A DNA stretch of 64,000 bases from an uncultured Sulfitobacter sp. Lineage in GTDB: Bacteria; Pseudomonadota; Alphaproteobacteria; Rhodobacterales; Rhodobacteraceae. The stretch lies in assembly GCF_947497275.1 (NCBI RefSeq), contig NZ_CANMFS010000007.1:80955-144954 (forward strand), written 5' to 3'. Below, piece after piece: positions 13,933 to 21,606 of the stretch. Position 1 is the stretch's first letter. Each line of letters opens with the position of its first letter. The notes beneath the pieces are model-generated. The model was not told the DNA's origin, ran no database searches, and saw only the letters and a program-made list of their open reading frames with translations. Position numbers and translations under genes: made by a program.

Positions 13933-15104
13933 ACGGCGTCTACCTCACGCTCAATGCCGGATCGTCGAGCCTGAAATTCGCACTGTTCGACAGCGCCGCG
14001 TCATCGGCGGATCCCCTGCTCAAGGGCACCGTCGCGGGAGTTGGCGGAACCCCTGCCTTTACCGCGCGTGGGGCGGATGGCGCAAAAATCGACACCGGCG
14101 TCGCACTGGACGGCGCCAGCGACCATGCGGAGGTGATCGCGCGGCTGCTGCCGTGGCTCGCGGCGCAGCACGCGGGCCGCCCGCTTCTGGCGGTCGGACA
14201 TCGCGTGGTGCACGGCGGACAGCATTTCCCCGAGCCCACCCGCATCACGCCCCCCGTGCTGGCACAGCTTCAGGACCTCGCCCCCCTCGCCCCGCTGCAC
14301 CAGCATCACAATCTTGCCGCCATCCGCGCGGTTGCACAGCGCGAACCCGACGTGCCGCAGATCGCCTGTTTCGACACCAGCTTTCACCGCACGCAGAGCC
14401 ATCTGGCGCAACAGTTCGCCCTGCCCCGCACGCTGACCGACCAAGGCATCATTCGCTACGGCTTTCACGGGCTGTCCTACGATTATATCGCAAGCACCCT
14501 GCCCGAACATCTGCAAGACGGCGCCGATGGCCGTGTTGTCGTTGCCCATCTTGGCAACGGATCCAGCATGTGCGCCCTGCACGCCCGTAAAAGCGTGGCG
14601 ACCACAATGGGCTTCACCGCGCTGGACGGCCTGATGATGGGCAGCCGCTGCGGCACCCTGGATCCCGGTGTCATCCTGCACCTGATCCAGCACGAAGGGA
14701 TGCGCGCGGACGAGATCGAAACCCTGCTCTACACCCGGTCCGGCCTGCTGGGCGTGTCCGGCACGAGCAACGACATGTACGTTTTGCAAAACACCGATAC
14801 CGCCTCCGCCCGCGATGCGATCGACATGTTCTGCTACCGCGCCGCTTGCGGGCTTGCCGGGCTGGTGCCGTCGATCGGCGGATTGGACGCGCTGGTCTTT
14901 ACCGCCGGGATCGGTGAGAACTCCGCGCTGGTGCGCACGAAAATCTGCGGATGGCTCGATTGGCTGGGCGTTTCGCTGGACGATGTCGCGAACGACCAAG
15001 CCGCGACAGTGATCAGCGCGGCATCCTCACGGGTGAAGGTTCTGGTCGTCCCAACCAACGAAGAGGCGGTCGTCGCCCGTGCATGCCGCGCGCTCGTGCG
15101 CTGA
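13929..15104 (+). CDS. ackA: Acetate/propionate kinase
   Basis: LNAGSSSLKF, GHRVVHGG, PLAPLH, ACFDTSFH, RYGFHGLSY, HLGNGSS, FTAGIGENS, PTNEE; ATGA overlap with the upstream gene. Confidence 0.95.
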   Translation: MNGVYLTLNAGSSSLKFALFDSAASSADPLLKGTVAGVGGTPAFTARGADGAKIDTGVALDGASDHAEVIARLLPWLAAQHAGRPLLAVGHRVVHGGQHFPEPTRITPPVLAQLQDLAPLAPLHQHHNLAAIRAVAQREPDVPQIACFDTSFHRTQSHLAQQFALPRTLTDQGIIRYGFHGLSYDYIASTLPEHLQDGADGRVVVAHLGNGSSMCALHARKSVATTMGFTALDGLMMGSRCGTLDPGVILHLIQHEGMRADEIETLLYTRSGLLGVSGTSNDMYVLQNTDTASARDAIDMFCYRAACGLAGLVPSIGGLDALVFTAGIGENSALVRTKICGWLDWLGVSLDDVANDQAATVISAASSRVKVLVVPTNEEAVVARACRALVR

Positions 15105-15115
15105 TCCACCGCAAA

Positions 15116-15694
15116 TCACGGGTTTGGTGTACCCCCAGACGACGATTGATGCGCGCGGTATCCGACGGCATCCCCGTATTCCAGAAAATCGGCATAGTGA
15201 CGATGCACGCCCGCCATGCGCTTTGCGTGTTTGATCGGACACCATCGCTTTTCCGTCCGCGCCGCAATCTCGGCCGCATACCCCAGCAACCCGTTGCCAT
15301 AGGCGCAATACATGCAGTTGAGCTTTTCCAGCCCGTTGAGATACGACAGATGCCTGCGGTCAAAGGTGATGAAATCCGACCGCCTGACCTTTTCGATGCC
15401 GTAGGCCGGAAAGCAGACCGCCTGATAAACCGACACGAACAGATCGAGCAGAACAAACGGCACGATGATCGAATAGATCACCGGCGCCGTCAGAACCACC
15501 GAAAGCCGCGCACCGGCAAGGTACGACGACAGCTTCTGTTTCAGCGCCCGGTGCTGCGCCTGCGCCTCGCGTTCGAACTCGATCCTGCGGTCCTTGATCC
15601 GAAAGCGCAGCTTCTCGCGCCGCCGCTCGAACTCCTGCTCCAGCTCTTCTTCCAAAGCGCGGATTCGCGCGACGATCTCACCGGCCTTGTCCAT
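15116..15694 (-). CDS. Hypothetical membrane protein with coiled-coil N-terminus and Cys/His-rich C-terminus
   Basis: MDKAGEIVARIRALEEELEQ..., hydrophobic segment, LNCMYCAYGNG and WCPIKH motifs; start set at ATG 15694. Confidence 0.75.
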   Translation of the reverse strand: MDKAGEIVARIRALEEELEQEFERRREKLRFRIKDRRIEFEREAQAQHRALKQKLSSYLAGARLSVVLTAPVIYSIIVPFVLLDLFVSVYQAVCFPAYGIEKVRRSDFITFDRRHLSYLNGLEKLNCMYCAYGNGLLGYAAEIAARTEKRWCPIKHAKRMAGVHRHYADFLEYGDAVGYRAHQSSSGGTPNP

Positions 15695-15756
15695 TCTCCG
15701 ACAGTCTCCTTTGCCTGCGCTTGCAACAGCACCCGCGCCAATCGTGCCCTGCGCGT

Positions 15757-16239
15757 CTATCCGCCGGACGACTGGTCGATCTGCATCGAGATGAATGCGG
15801 GCTCGCCCATCCGGTCGAGCAAGGACAGCTGCAACTCCAGCCACGACATATGGCCCTCTTCGTCCAGCGCCGTGCGTTCGAACAGATCGCGAGTGCCGAT
15901 GTCGCGCGCTTCGTCCGCCGTGCGTGCGGCAGTTGTGTAAAATTCAATCGCCTCTCTCTCATCCGCCAGATCCGCCTCGAACATCTTCTTGAGAGACCCG
16001 GCCGCCTGCGGCACCTTGGCCGCCTTCAACTCCGGAGTGCCACCCAGAAACACGATACGTTCGGCGTATTGCTCGGCGTGGCCAAGCTCTTCGAGCATTT
16101 CGGCCCGCATCTTGGTCGCCAGCTTGTCCAGCCCCCAACTGTCCGCCGTCAGGATGTGCAGCAGGTATTGGTTCACTGCCGCCAGTTCCATCGCCACCGC
16201 TGTTTGCAGGTTGCTAAGCGTTTCGGTCTTCTGTGCCAT
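15757..16239 (-). CDS. bfr: Bacterioferritin-family protein (ferroxidase ligands present, heme-ligand Met apparently replaced)
   Basis: MELAAVNQYLLH..WGL, EMLEELGHAEQYAERIVFLGG, DEREAI, DEEGH. Confidence 0.85.
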   Translation of the reverse strand: MAQKTETLSNLQTAVAMELAAVNQYLLHILTADSWGLDKLATKMRAEMLEELGHAEQYAERIVFLGGTPELKAAKVPQAAGSLKKMFEADLADEREAIEFYTTAARTADEARDIGTRDLFERTALDEEGHMSWLELQLSLLDRMGEPAFISMQIDQSSGG

Positions 16240-16287
16240 CGGCTTTCCTTTCATCTGTCTTCTAAATCTGTCATTTACCCGCCCGTC

Positions 16288-16851
16288 TCATTCGCTCCAC
16301 GGATGTACATGCACATCGCGCCCCGAATGGCCTTTCAGGATCTTCACGGCGAACGCTTCCTTGTCGGCATCGGAGGTCCTCACCCACAGCAGGATACCAC
16401 CCTGCGCGATCTGGTCGGCGTAGTAATCCTTGTGGTGCCGGTCCACGCGGCGCGCCAGCAGCGCACCCAGAATACCGGCCGGACCACCCCCGATCGCGAT
16501 CGCCGCAATCGACGCGGCCAATGTCGCCGCCGGGGTCAGCATCGCCGCCATCGCGATATAGGATCCCAAAAAGAAAAAGCCACCCGCGATAGCGCCCTCC
16601 AACTCGCCCATCGCCTCTTCCGAGACAAAGGCCGCGCGCGGCGCATCCGGGTTGTCTTCCAGATCTTTGGCCTGCCAATAGGCAGAGCCAAGCTTTTCTT
16701 TCATCGCTTCTCTGTCGCCCAGCAGGCTGATGTCCGCACGGCTGAATCCGGACATGCGCAGATCATAGATCGCGGTCTGAAGGTCCTCGAAACTGTCGAA
16801 TACGCCGACGGCCTCGGGGACGTTGATGAATGTTGCTTTCTCTTGGGTCAT
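16288..16851 (-). CDS. Hypothetical general-stress-type membrane protein (YflT/glycine-zipper-like)
   Basis: AVGVFDS..LQTAIYDLRMSGFSRADISLL N-terminus, Ala/Gly-rich hydrophobic hairpin, GGILLWVRT C-terminus. Confidence 0.65.
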   Translation of the reverse strand: MTQEKATFINVPEAVGVFDSFEDLQTAIYDLRMSGFSRADISLLGDREAMKEKLGSAYWQAKDLEDNPDAPRAAFVSEEAMGELEGAIAGGFFFLGSYIAMAAMLTPAATLAASIAAIAIGGGPAGILGALLARRVDRHHKDYYADQIAQGGILLWVRTSDADKEAFAVKILKGHSGRDVHVHPWSE

Positions 16852-16892
16852 TTCATGCCTCGGTTGGGTTTGGTATCCGTCTCGACATGTCG

Positions 16893-17237
16893 TCAGCCCT
16901 CCGGCCCCGACATCCAGATCGCGTAGCGGGGGTCGTTTTCCAAAAGCCGCACCCGCCGCTTCAACGCCGCGTTTTCCTGGACAAGCGACAGCACCAGCGC
17001 CACACCCGGCACATTAAGCCGCAGATCGGCCTGAAGCCGCTGCACCTTGCGTACCACGGTGATGCTGGTGCTTTCGAACCGCCAGACGGTGCGGCTTTCG
17101 CCCACAGGCTCCAGAATGCCTTCCTCGACCAGTTCGATCAACCAGTCCGCCGATGACCCGCACACCCGGCACAGGTCCGACAGGCTCAGCGGTTTGACGA
17201 TCTCGCCCGCTGGCACGAGCGCCGTTGATTTAGCCAT
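16893..17237 (-). CDS. cbpM: Chaperone modulator CbpM (MerR-like HTH)
   Basis: LSLSDLCRVCG..WLIELVEEGILEP, RLQADLRLNVPGVALVLSL; directly after cbpA. Confidence 0.85.
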   Translation of the reverse strand: MAKSTALVPAGEIVKPLSLSDLCRVCGSSADWLIELVEEGILEPVGESRTVWRFESTSITVVRKVQRLQADLRLNVPGVALVLSLVQENAALKRRVRLLENDPRYAIWMSGPEG

Positions 17238-17240
17238 CGT

Positions 17241-18212
17241 TCATGCTCCCAGTCTGGCGCGAGGGTCGAAATCCATCTCGCGCGCCATCTCTTCGTACAA
17301 CTCCTTGGCCCGCGCGCTTTCCACCGGCGGGATGACGATCTTGAGCACCGCAAACAGATCGCCCGCGCGCTTGCCCGGTATGCCGCGCCCCTTCAGCCGC
17401 AGCTTCTTGCCCGTCTGCGCATGTTTCGGGATCGTCAGTTCCACGGTGCCGCTTGGTGTCGGCACACTGATCCGTGCGCCCAGTGCGGCTTCCCACGGGG
17501 CGATGGGCAGATCCATGAAAACATCCCTGCCCTCGACGCGGTAGGCCGGGTCGTCCCTGATCGCCACCTCCAGGTAGAGATCCCCCGGCTTGCCCCCGCC
17601 CATCCCGGCAGAGCCTTTGCCCGACAGGCGGATATGCTGGCCTTCGGTCACACCCTTCGGGATCGAGACGCGGATGGTACGTTCACGCAAAACAACATGC
17701 CCGTCGGGATCAAGCTCGGGCGCGCGCAAGGTAAAATCACGCGTCCCGCCCTGATAGGCTTCGAGCAGGTCGATGACGATCTTGGCATGATGGTCCTGCC
17801 CCGGCGCGCTGAACTGATGGCCCTGCCGCATGTGCGGTGACGGTCCACCGCGCTGCCTGCCCTGCCGCGCGAACAATTCGTCAAAGAACGATCCGAACCC
17901 GCTCGGATCGGCCTCGGTATAGCCGCCGCCGGAAAATTCAAAACCCTCGTCCCAATCGGGCGGCGGATTGAACGACTGTCCCTCTTTCCAGTTGGCACCC
18001 AACTGATCGTAGGCGGCGCGCTTTTCGGGGTCCTGCAACACCTCGTAGGCCTCGCCGACATCCTTGAACATCCGCTCCGCCTCTGCGGCGTCCGGCCCGG
18101 TGTTCACGTCCGGATGGTATTTGCGCACAAGTTTGCGGTAGGCACGCTTGATCTCGTCCTGCGGTGCAGTCCGCTCGACACCCAGTATCTTGTAGTAGTC
18201 CTTGTATTCCAT
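17241..18212 (-). CDS. cbpA: DnaJ-class co-chaperone / curved DNA-binding protein CbpA
   Basis: MEYKDYYKILGV, KYHPD J-domain, G/F-rich linker, no zinc finger, C-terminal GDLYL/GRGIPG. Confidence 0.92.
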   Translation of the reverse strand: MEYKDYYKILGVERTAPQDEIKRAYRKLVRKYHPDVNTGPDAAEAERMFKDVGEAYEVLQDPEKRAAYDQLGANWKEGQSFNPPPDWDEGFEFSGGGYTEADPSGFGSFFDELFARQGRQRGGPSPHMRQGHQFSAPGQDHHAKIVIDLLEAYQGGTRDFTLRAPELDPDGHVVLRERTIRVSIPKGVTEGQHIRLSGKGSAGMGGGKPGDLYLEVAIRDDPAYRVEGRDVFMDLPIAPWEAALGARISVPTPSGTVELTIPKHAQTGKKLRLKGRGIPGKRAGDLFAVLKIVIPPVESARAKELYEEMAREMDFDPRARLGA

Positions 18213-18335
18213 TGCTCAACGGATCTCCGCACGCCCTGACGGCGGATGACTGGTACACGTGCCGCTCACCTGCCATGGGACGCTGTTCGATGTGTCCACG
18301 ATAAACCAGCGATACCACGAAACCAGACCGCCGAA

Positions 18336-18349
18336 TTGATAAACCGCAA
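18336..18349. promoter_or_regulatory. FNR/FixK-like site TTGAT-N4-CGCAA between cbpA and the antiporter
   Basis: ttgataaaccgcaa; one perfect half-site, the other half 3/5. Confidence 0.5.
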
Positions 18350-18464
18350 CTGATCCGTGCTTATCACCGGCGTCGCGCCGACCTGTTGCATATATTTTCA
18401 CGCGCATCGCGCCCCGGCCCCGTTTTACCGGTGCGCCCGCCCGATGATATGCTATCCCGACGAC

Positions 18465-20969
18465 ATGGACATCATTCTGATCACGACCGTCATCGCGGCC
18501 CTGTTTCTTGTCATCGGCGTGGCCGAGCCGTTGGCCGCGCGGTTGCGCCTGCCCTACAGCGTCATTTTGGCCCTCGTGGGCATCTTGATCGCGGCGGGCG
18601 CGTTGTTTTTCCTGCGCACCGAGCTGACCGATGCGCTCAACCCCGTGGCCGAGGCGATCCTCGGCCTGCCGATCCGGTCGAATGTGTTCCTGTACGTCTT
18701 TCTGCCGACGCTGCTGTTTCAGGCCACCCTCGGCATGAACCTGCGCCGTATGCTGGACGACTGGGTGCCGATCCTCGTTCTGGCCGTCGTCGCGGTGGTC
18801 GTGGCGACGCTTGCCGTCGGATATGCCCTGTCTTGGACAAGCACCCTGCCGCTGGCCGCCTGTCTGCTGATAGGCGCCATCGTGTCCACCACCGATCCGT
18901 CCGCCGTGGTGTCGATCTTCCGCTCCATTTCCGCGCCCCGCCGCCTTGCCCGCATCATCGAGGGCGAAAGCCTGCTGAACGACGCGGCGGCCATTGCGCT
19001 TTTCGGCCTGTTCATGGGGTTCGTGATGCTGGGCATCCCCGATCCCACGCTCAGAGATGCGCTGGCGCGGTTTCCGCTGCTGATCGCAGGCGGCGCGGTT
19101 GTCGGCTGGATCGCCGCGCGCTGTGCTGTCTGGCTGATGGCCGCCTTTGCGCGCTACGAACTGGCACAAATCTCCATTTCCGTCTCCCTGCCCTACCTCG
19201 CCTACATCCTTGCCGAACAAAGCATCGGTGCCTCCGGCGTAATCGCAGTGGTCGCCGCCGGTCTGACCCTCAACCTCACAGGTCCGGGCCGCCTTCCGCC
19301 GCAGGCCTGGACCAACCTGCGCGAGCTGTGGGACATCCTCGCCCACTGGGCCGGCGCGTTGATCTTCATCCTCGCCGCCCTGCTGATCCCGCGCCTGCTC
19401 GAAGAGGTACGCATCGGCGACATAGCCCTCGTCGCCGTCGTGGTGCTGGCTGCCATCGCCGCCCGCGTGATCATCCTGTTCGGTCTGCTGCCACTGCTGA
19501 CCGCGCTGCGCTTGTCGCCAGCGGTCGAGCGACCCTACCGCGTGGCGATCCTATGGGGAGGCCTGCGCGGAGCCGTTACGCTGGCGCTGGCGCTCGCCGT
19601 CACCGAAAGCTTCCGCGTCCCGGTCGAGGTCAAGCGACTCGTCGGCATCCTCGCCACGGGTTTCACGCTGTTCACGCTGGTCGTACAGGGGACCACGCTG
19701 CGCTCGGTCATCCGCTGGCTCGGGCTTGATCGCCTGTCGCCGCTCGACGAAGCCCTCTCGCGCCAGATCGTCGCCGTCGCCCTTCAAACCGTACGCGAGG
19801 ATGTCGCGCGCACCACTGAAAACTATGACCTGACCCACGATATCGTCCGCTCCGAGGCCAAACGGTTCGGCGAAAGGCTCGATGCGGCGGTGAAATCAGC
19901 CGAGGAAAACGTCGACATTCTCGACCGCGACAAGATCACACTGGGGCTGATCGCTCTGGCCGGACACGAGCGTGACACGATCCTCGCCCGCGTGCGCGAA
20001 CGGACGATCTCGGCGCGCATGGCCGAACAGGTACTACCGGACGCCGACCGCCTGATCGAAGGCGCGCGGTCGGACGGGCGAAACGGCTACCAGCGCGCGG
20101 CCCGGCGCAGCGTCGCCTACGGGCGCGGCCTGCGCGCCGCCGTGGTGCTGCACAGCCGCCTGCGCCTGTCCGGTCCGCTCGCCCGTATGACCGCCGACCG
20201 GTTCGAGCTTTTGCTATCGCAGCGGCTGGTCCTGCGCGATCTGGGCGCGTTCATCGACGGGCGCATCCGCCGCATCCACGGCCGCCGCGTCGCGGACCTG
20301 CTCCACGATCTGCTGTCGCGCCGGATTGAAACGGTAGAGACGGTACTCGAAGGGATGCGGCTGCAATACCCCGGTTACGCAGAAGAGCTCGAACGCCGCT
20401 TCATCCGCCGCACCGCTTTGCGGCTCGAAGAACGCGAATACGCCACCATGCGCGAGGATGGCCTGATCGGCGCTGAGGTTCATACCAAGCTGATGGAGGA
20501 CCTGAATGCGCGGCGCGCCGCCGCCGAACTGCGCCCGCGTCTCGACATCGCGCTCCAGCGGATCGAACTCGCCCGCCAATTCCCCCTGTTCGCCGATCTT
20601 GACGCCGCCGGTCTCAAGCGGTTGGGGCGGGTGTTCCAGACCCGATACGTCAACGCGGGCGACACCGTCATCAGCAAGGACAGCCCGGCCAGGCAGGTGT
20701 TCTTCATCGCCTCCGGCGCGGTCGAACTGGAAACCGCCGGGCAGACGTGGCGGCTGGGCGGTGGCGAGATGTTCGGCCAGATGGCCATTTTGATGAAACG
20801 CGCCCGCCGCACCGAGGTCCGTGCCATCGCGCCTTCGACCCTGCTGGTGCTGGATGAAACACGGTTCCGCCGGCTGCTCGACCGCAGCAAGACCCTGCAA
20901 AAGGCCGTGCGCGCCAGTGCGGAAAAACGCGGTATCGAACCCGATGCTTTCCTGCTGACTGAACGCTAA
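18465..20969 (+). CDS. CPA1-family Na+/H+ antiporter with long cytoplasmic region and C-terminal cyclic-nucleotide-binding domain
   Basis: FLPTLLF, GAIVSTTDPSAV, IIEGESLLNDAAAI, WGGLRGAVTLALAL; C-terminal FPLFADL..VFFIASGAV..GEMFGQMAIL..RRTEVRA. Confidence 0.9.
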   Translation: MDIILITTVIAALFLVIGVAEPLAARLRLPYSVILALVGILIAAGALFFLRTELTDALNPVAEAILGLPIRSNVFLYVFLPTLLFQATLGMNLRRMLDDWVPILVLAVVAVVVATLAVGYALSWTSTLPLAACLLIGAIVSTTDPSAVVSIFRSISAPRRLARIIEGESLLNDAAAIALFGLFMGFVMLGIPDPTLRDALARFPLLIAGGAVVGWIAARCAVWLMAAFARYELAQISISVSLPYLAYILAEQSIGASGVIAVVAAGLTLNLTGPGRLPPQAWTNLRELWDILAHWAGALIFILAALLIPRLLEEVRIGDIALVAVVVLAAIAARVIILFGLLPLLTALRLSPAVERPYRVAILWGGLRGAVTLALALAVTESFRVPVEVKRLVGILATGFTLFTLVVQGTTLRSVIRWLGLDRLSPLDEALSRQIVAVALQTVREDVARTTENYDLTHDIVRSEAKRFGERLDAAVKSAEENVDILDRDKITLGLIALAGHERDTILARVRERTISARMAEQVLPDADRLIEGARSDGRNGYQRAARRSVAYGRGLRAAVVLHSRLRLSGPLARMTADRFELLLSQRLVLRDLGAFIDGRIRRIHGRRVADLLHDLLSRRIETVETVLEGMRLQYPGYAEELERRFIRRTALRLEEREYATMREDGLIGAEVHTKLMEDLNARRAAAELRPRLDIALQRIELARQFPLFADLDAAGLKRLGRVFQTRYVNAGDTVISKDSPARQVFFIASGAVELETAGQTWRLGGGEMFGQMAILMKRARRTEVRAIAPSTLLVLDETRFRRLLDRSKTLQKAVRASAEKRGIEPDAFLLTER

Positions 20970-21259
20970 ACCCCGTCGATGAGGATATCCAACGCGCGTT
21001 TCAGCGCGTCCCGGTGCGCGTCCAGCGATCCCACCCGCTCGCGCAATTCCGATCCGGTCACCGCCGCAAGCTCCATCACCCGCACGATCCAGATCTGGCC
21101 GTCTACCTCCACTTCCGGCGTCAGGCCGGGAAACGCGGCATACCGATCCGCCGCCCGCAGCGGTGCTACGACACGCGATGCGTCGATCCCGATCAGATCC
21201 GTCTGAAGATCCACGACAAGCTGCCCACCGGTCAGGCGGTATACGTCAAACTGCGCCAT
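20966..21259 (-). CDS. ccdB: CcdB-family toxin
   Basis: MAQFDVYR, VVDLQTDL, RVVAPL, LTPEV, ALDILIDGV C-terminus. Confidence 0.88.
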   Translation of the reverse strand: MAQFDVYRLTGGQLVVDLQTDLIGIDASRVVAPLRAADRYAAFPGLTPEVEVDGQIWIVRVMELAAVTGSELRERVGSLDAHRDALKRALDILIDGV

Positions 21260-21266
21260 GCCGCGC

Positions 21267-21488
21267 CTAGAAGCTTCTGTACTGTGCCAATGGTAAACCG
21301 TCCCGGTCCACCTCTTCGCCGTAGGCCGCGATCGCCGCCTGGTTTTCCAACCGCCACAAGCGGTTGCGTTCGGTCTTGGCCGCCTCAAGGATTGCCGCTT
21401 CGGCAAGGCGCGACATGTTCAGGCCCAGCGTGCGCGCCGTTTCCGCGACATCCGCATCCAATGTCAAATTCACTTTCACGCGTCCCAT
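21267..21488 (-). CDS. ccdA: CcdA-family antitoxin
   Basis: KVNLTLD..ARTLGLNMS ribbon-helix-helix; WRLENQAAIAAY..GLPLAQYRSF. Confidence 0.9.
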   Translation of the reverse strand: MGRVKVNLTLDADVAETARTLGLNMSRLAEAAILEAAKTERNRLWRLENQAAIAAYGEEVDRDGLPLAQYRSF

Positions 21489-21519
21489 CTTTGACCTCTA
21501 TTATCCGCATCTTGCAGGA

Positions 21520-21544
21520 GTATACTTCATACGCATAATACGCA
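21520..21544 (-). promoter_or_regulatory. Probable ccdAB operator/promoter (GTATAC palindrome plus tandem ATACGCA repeats)
   Basis: gtatac at 21520-21525; atacgca at 21529 and 21538; GTATAC is the known CcdA core site in F ccdO. Confidence 0.5.
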
Positions 21545-21552
21545 CAATGCAA

Positions 21553-21581
21553 GCGGCGGCAAAGGTTTCCCCCGCCGCCGC
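21553..21581 (-). terminator. Stem-loop downstream of the aldehyde dehydrogenase gene
   Basis: gcggcggc/gccgccgc arms. Confidence 0.45.
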
Positions 21582-21606
21582 GCTGCTGCTCCAGAATCAG
21601 ATCGGC

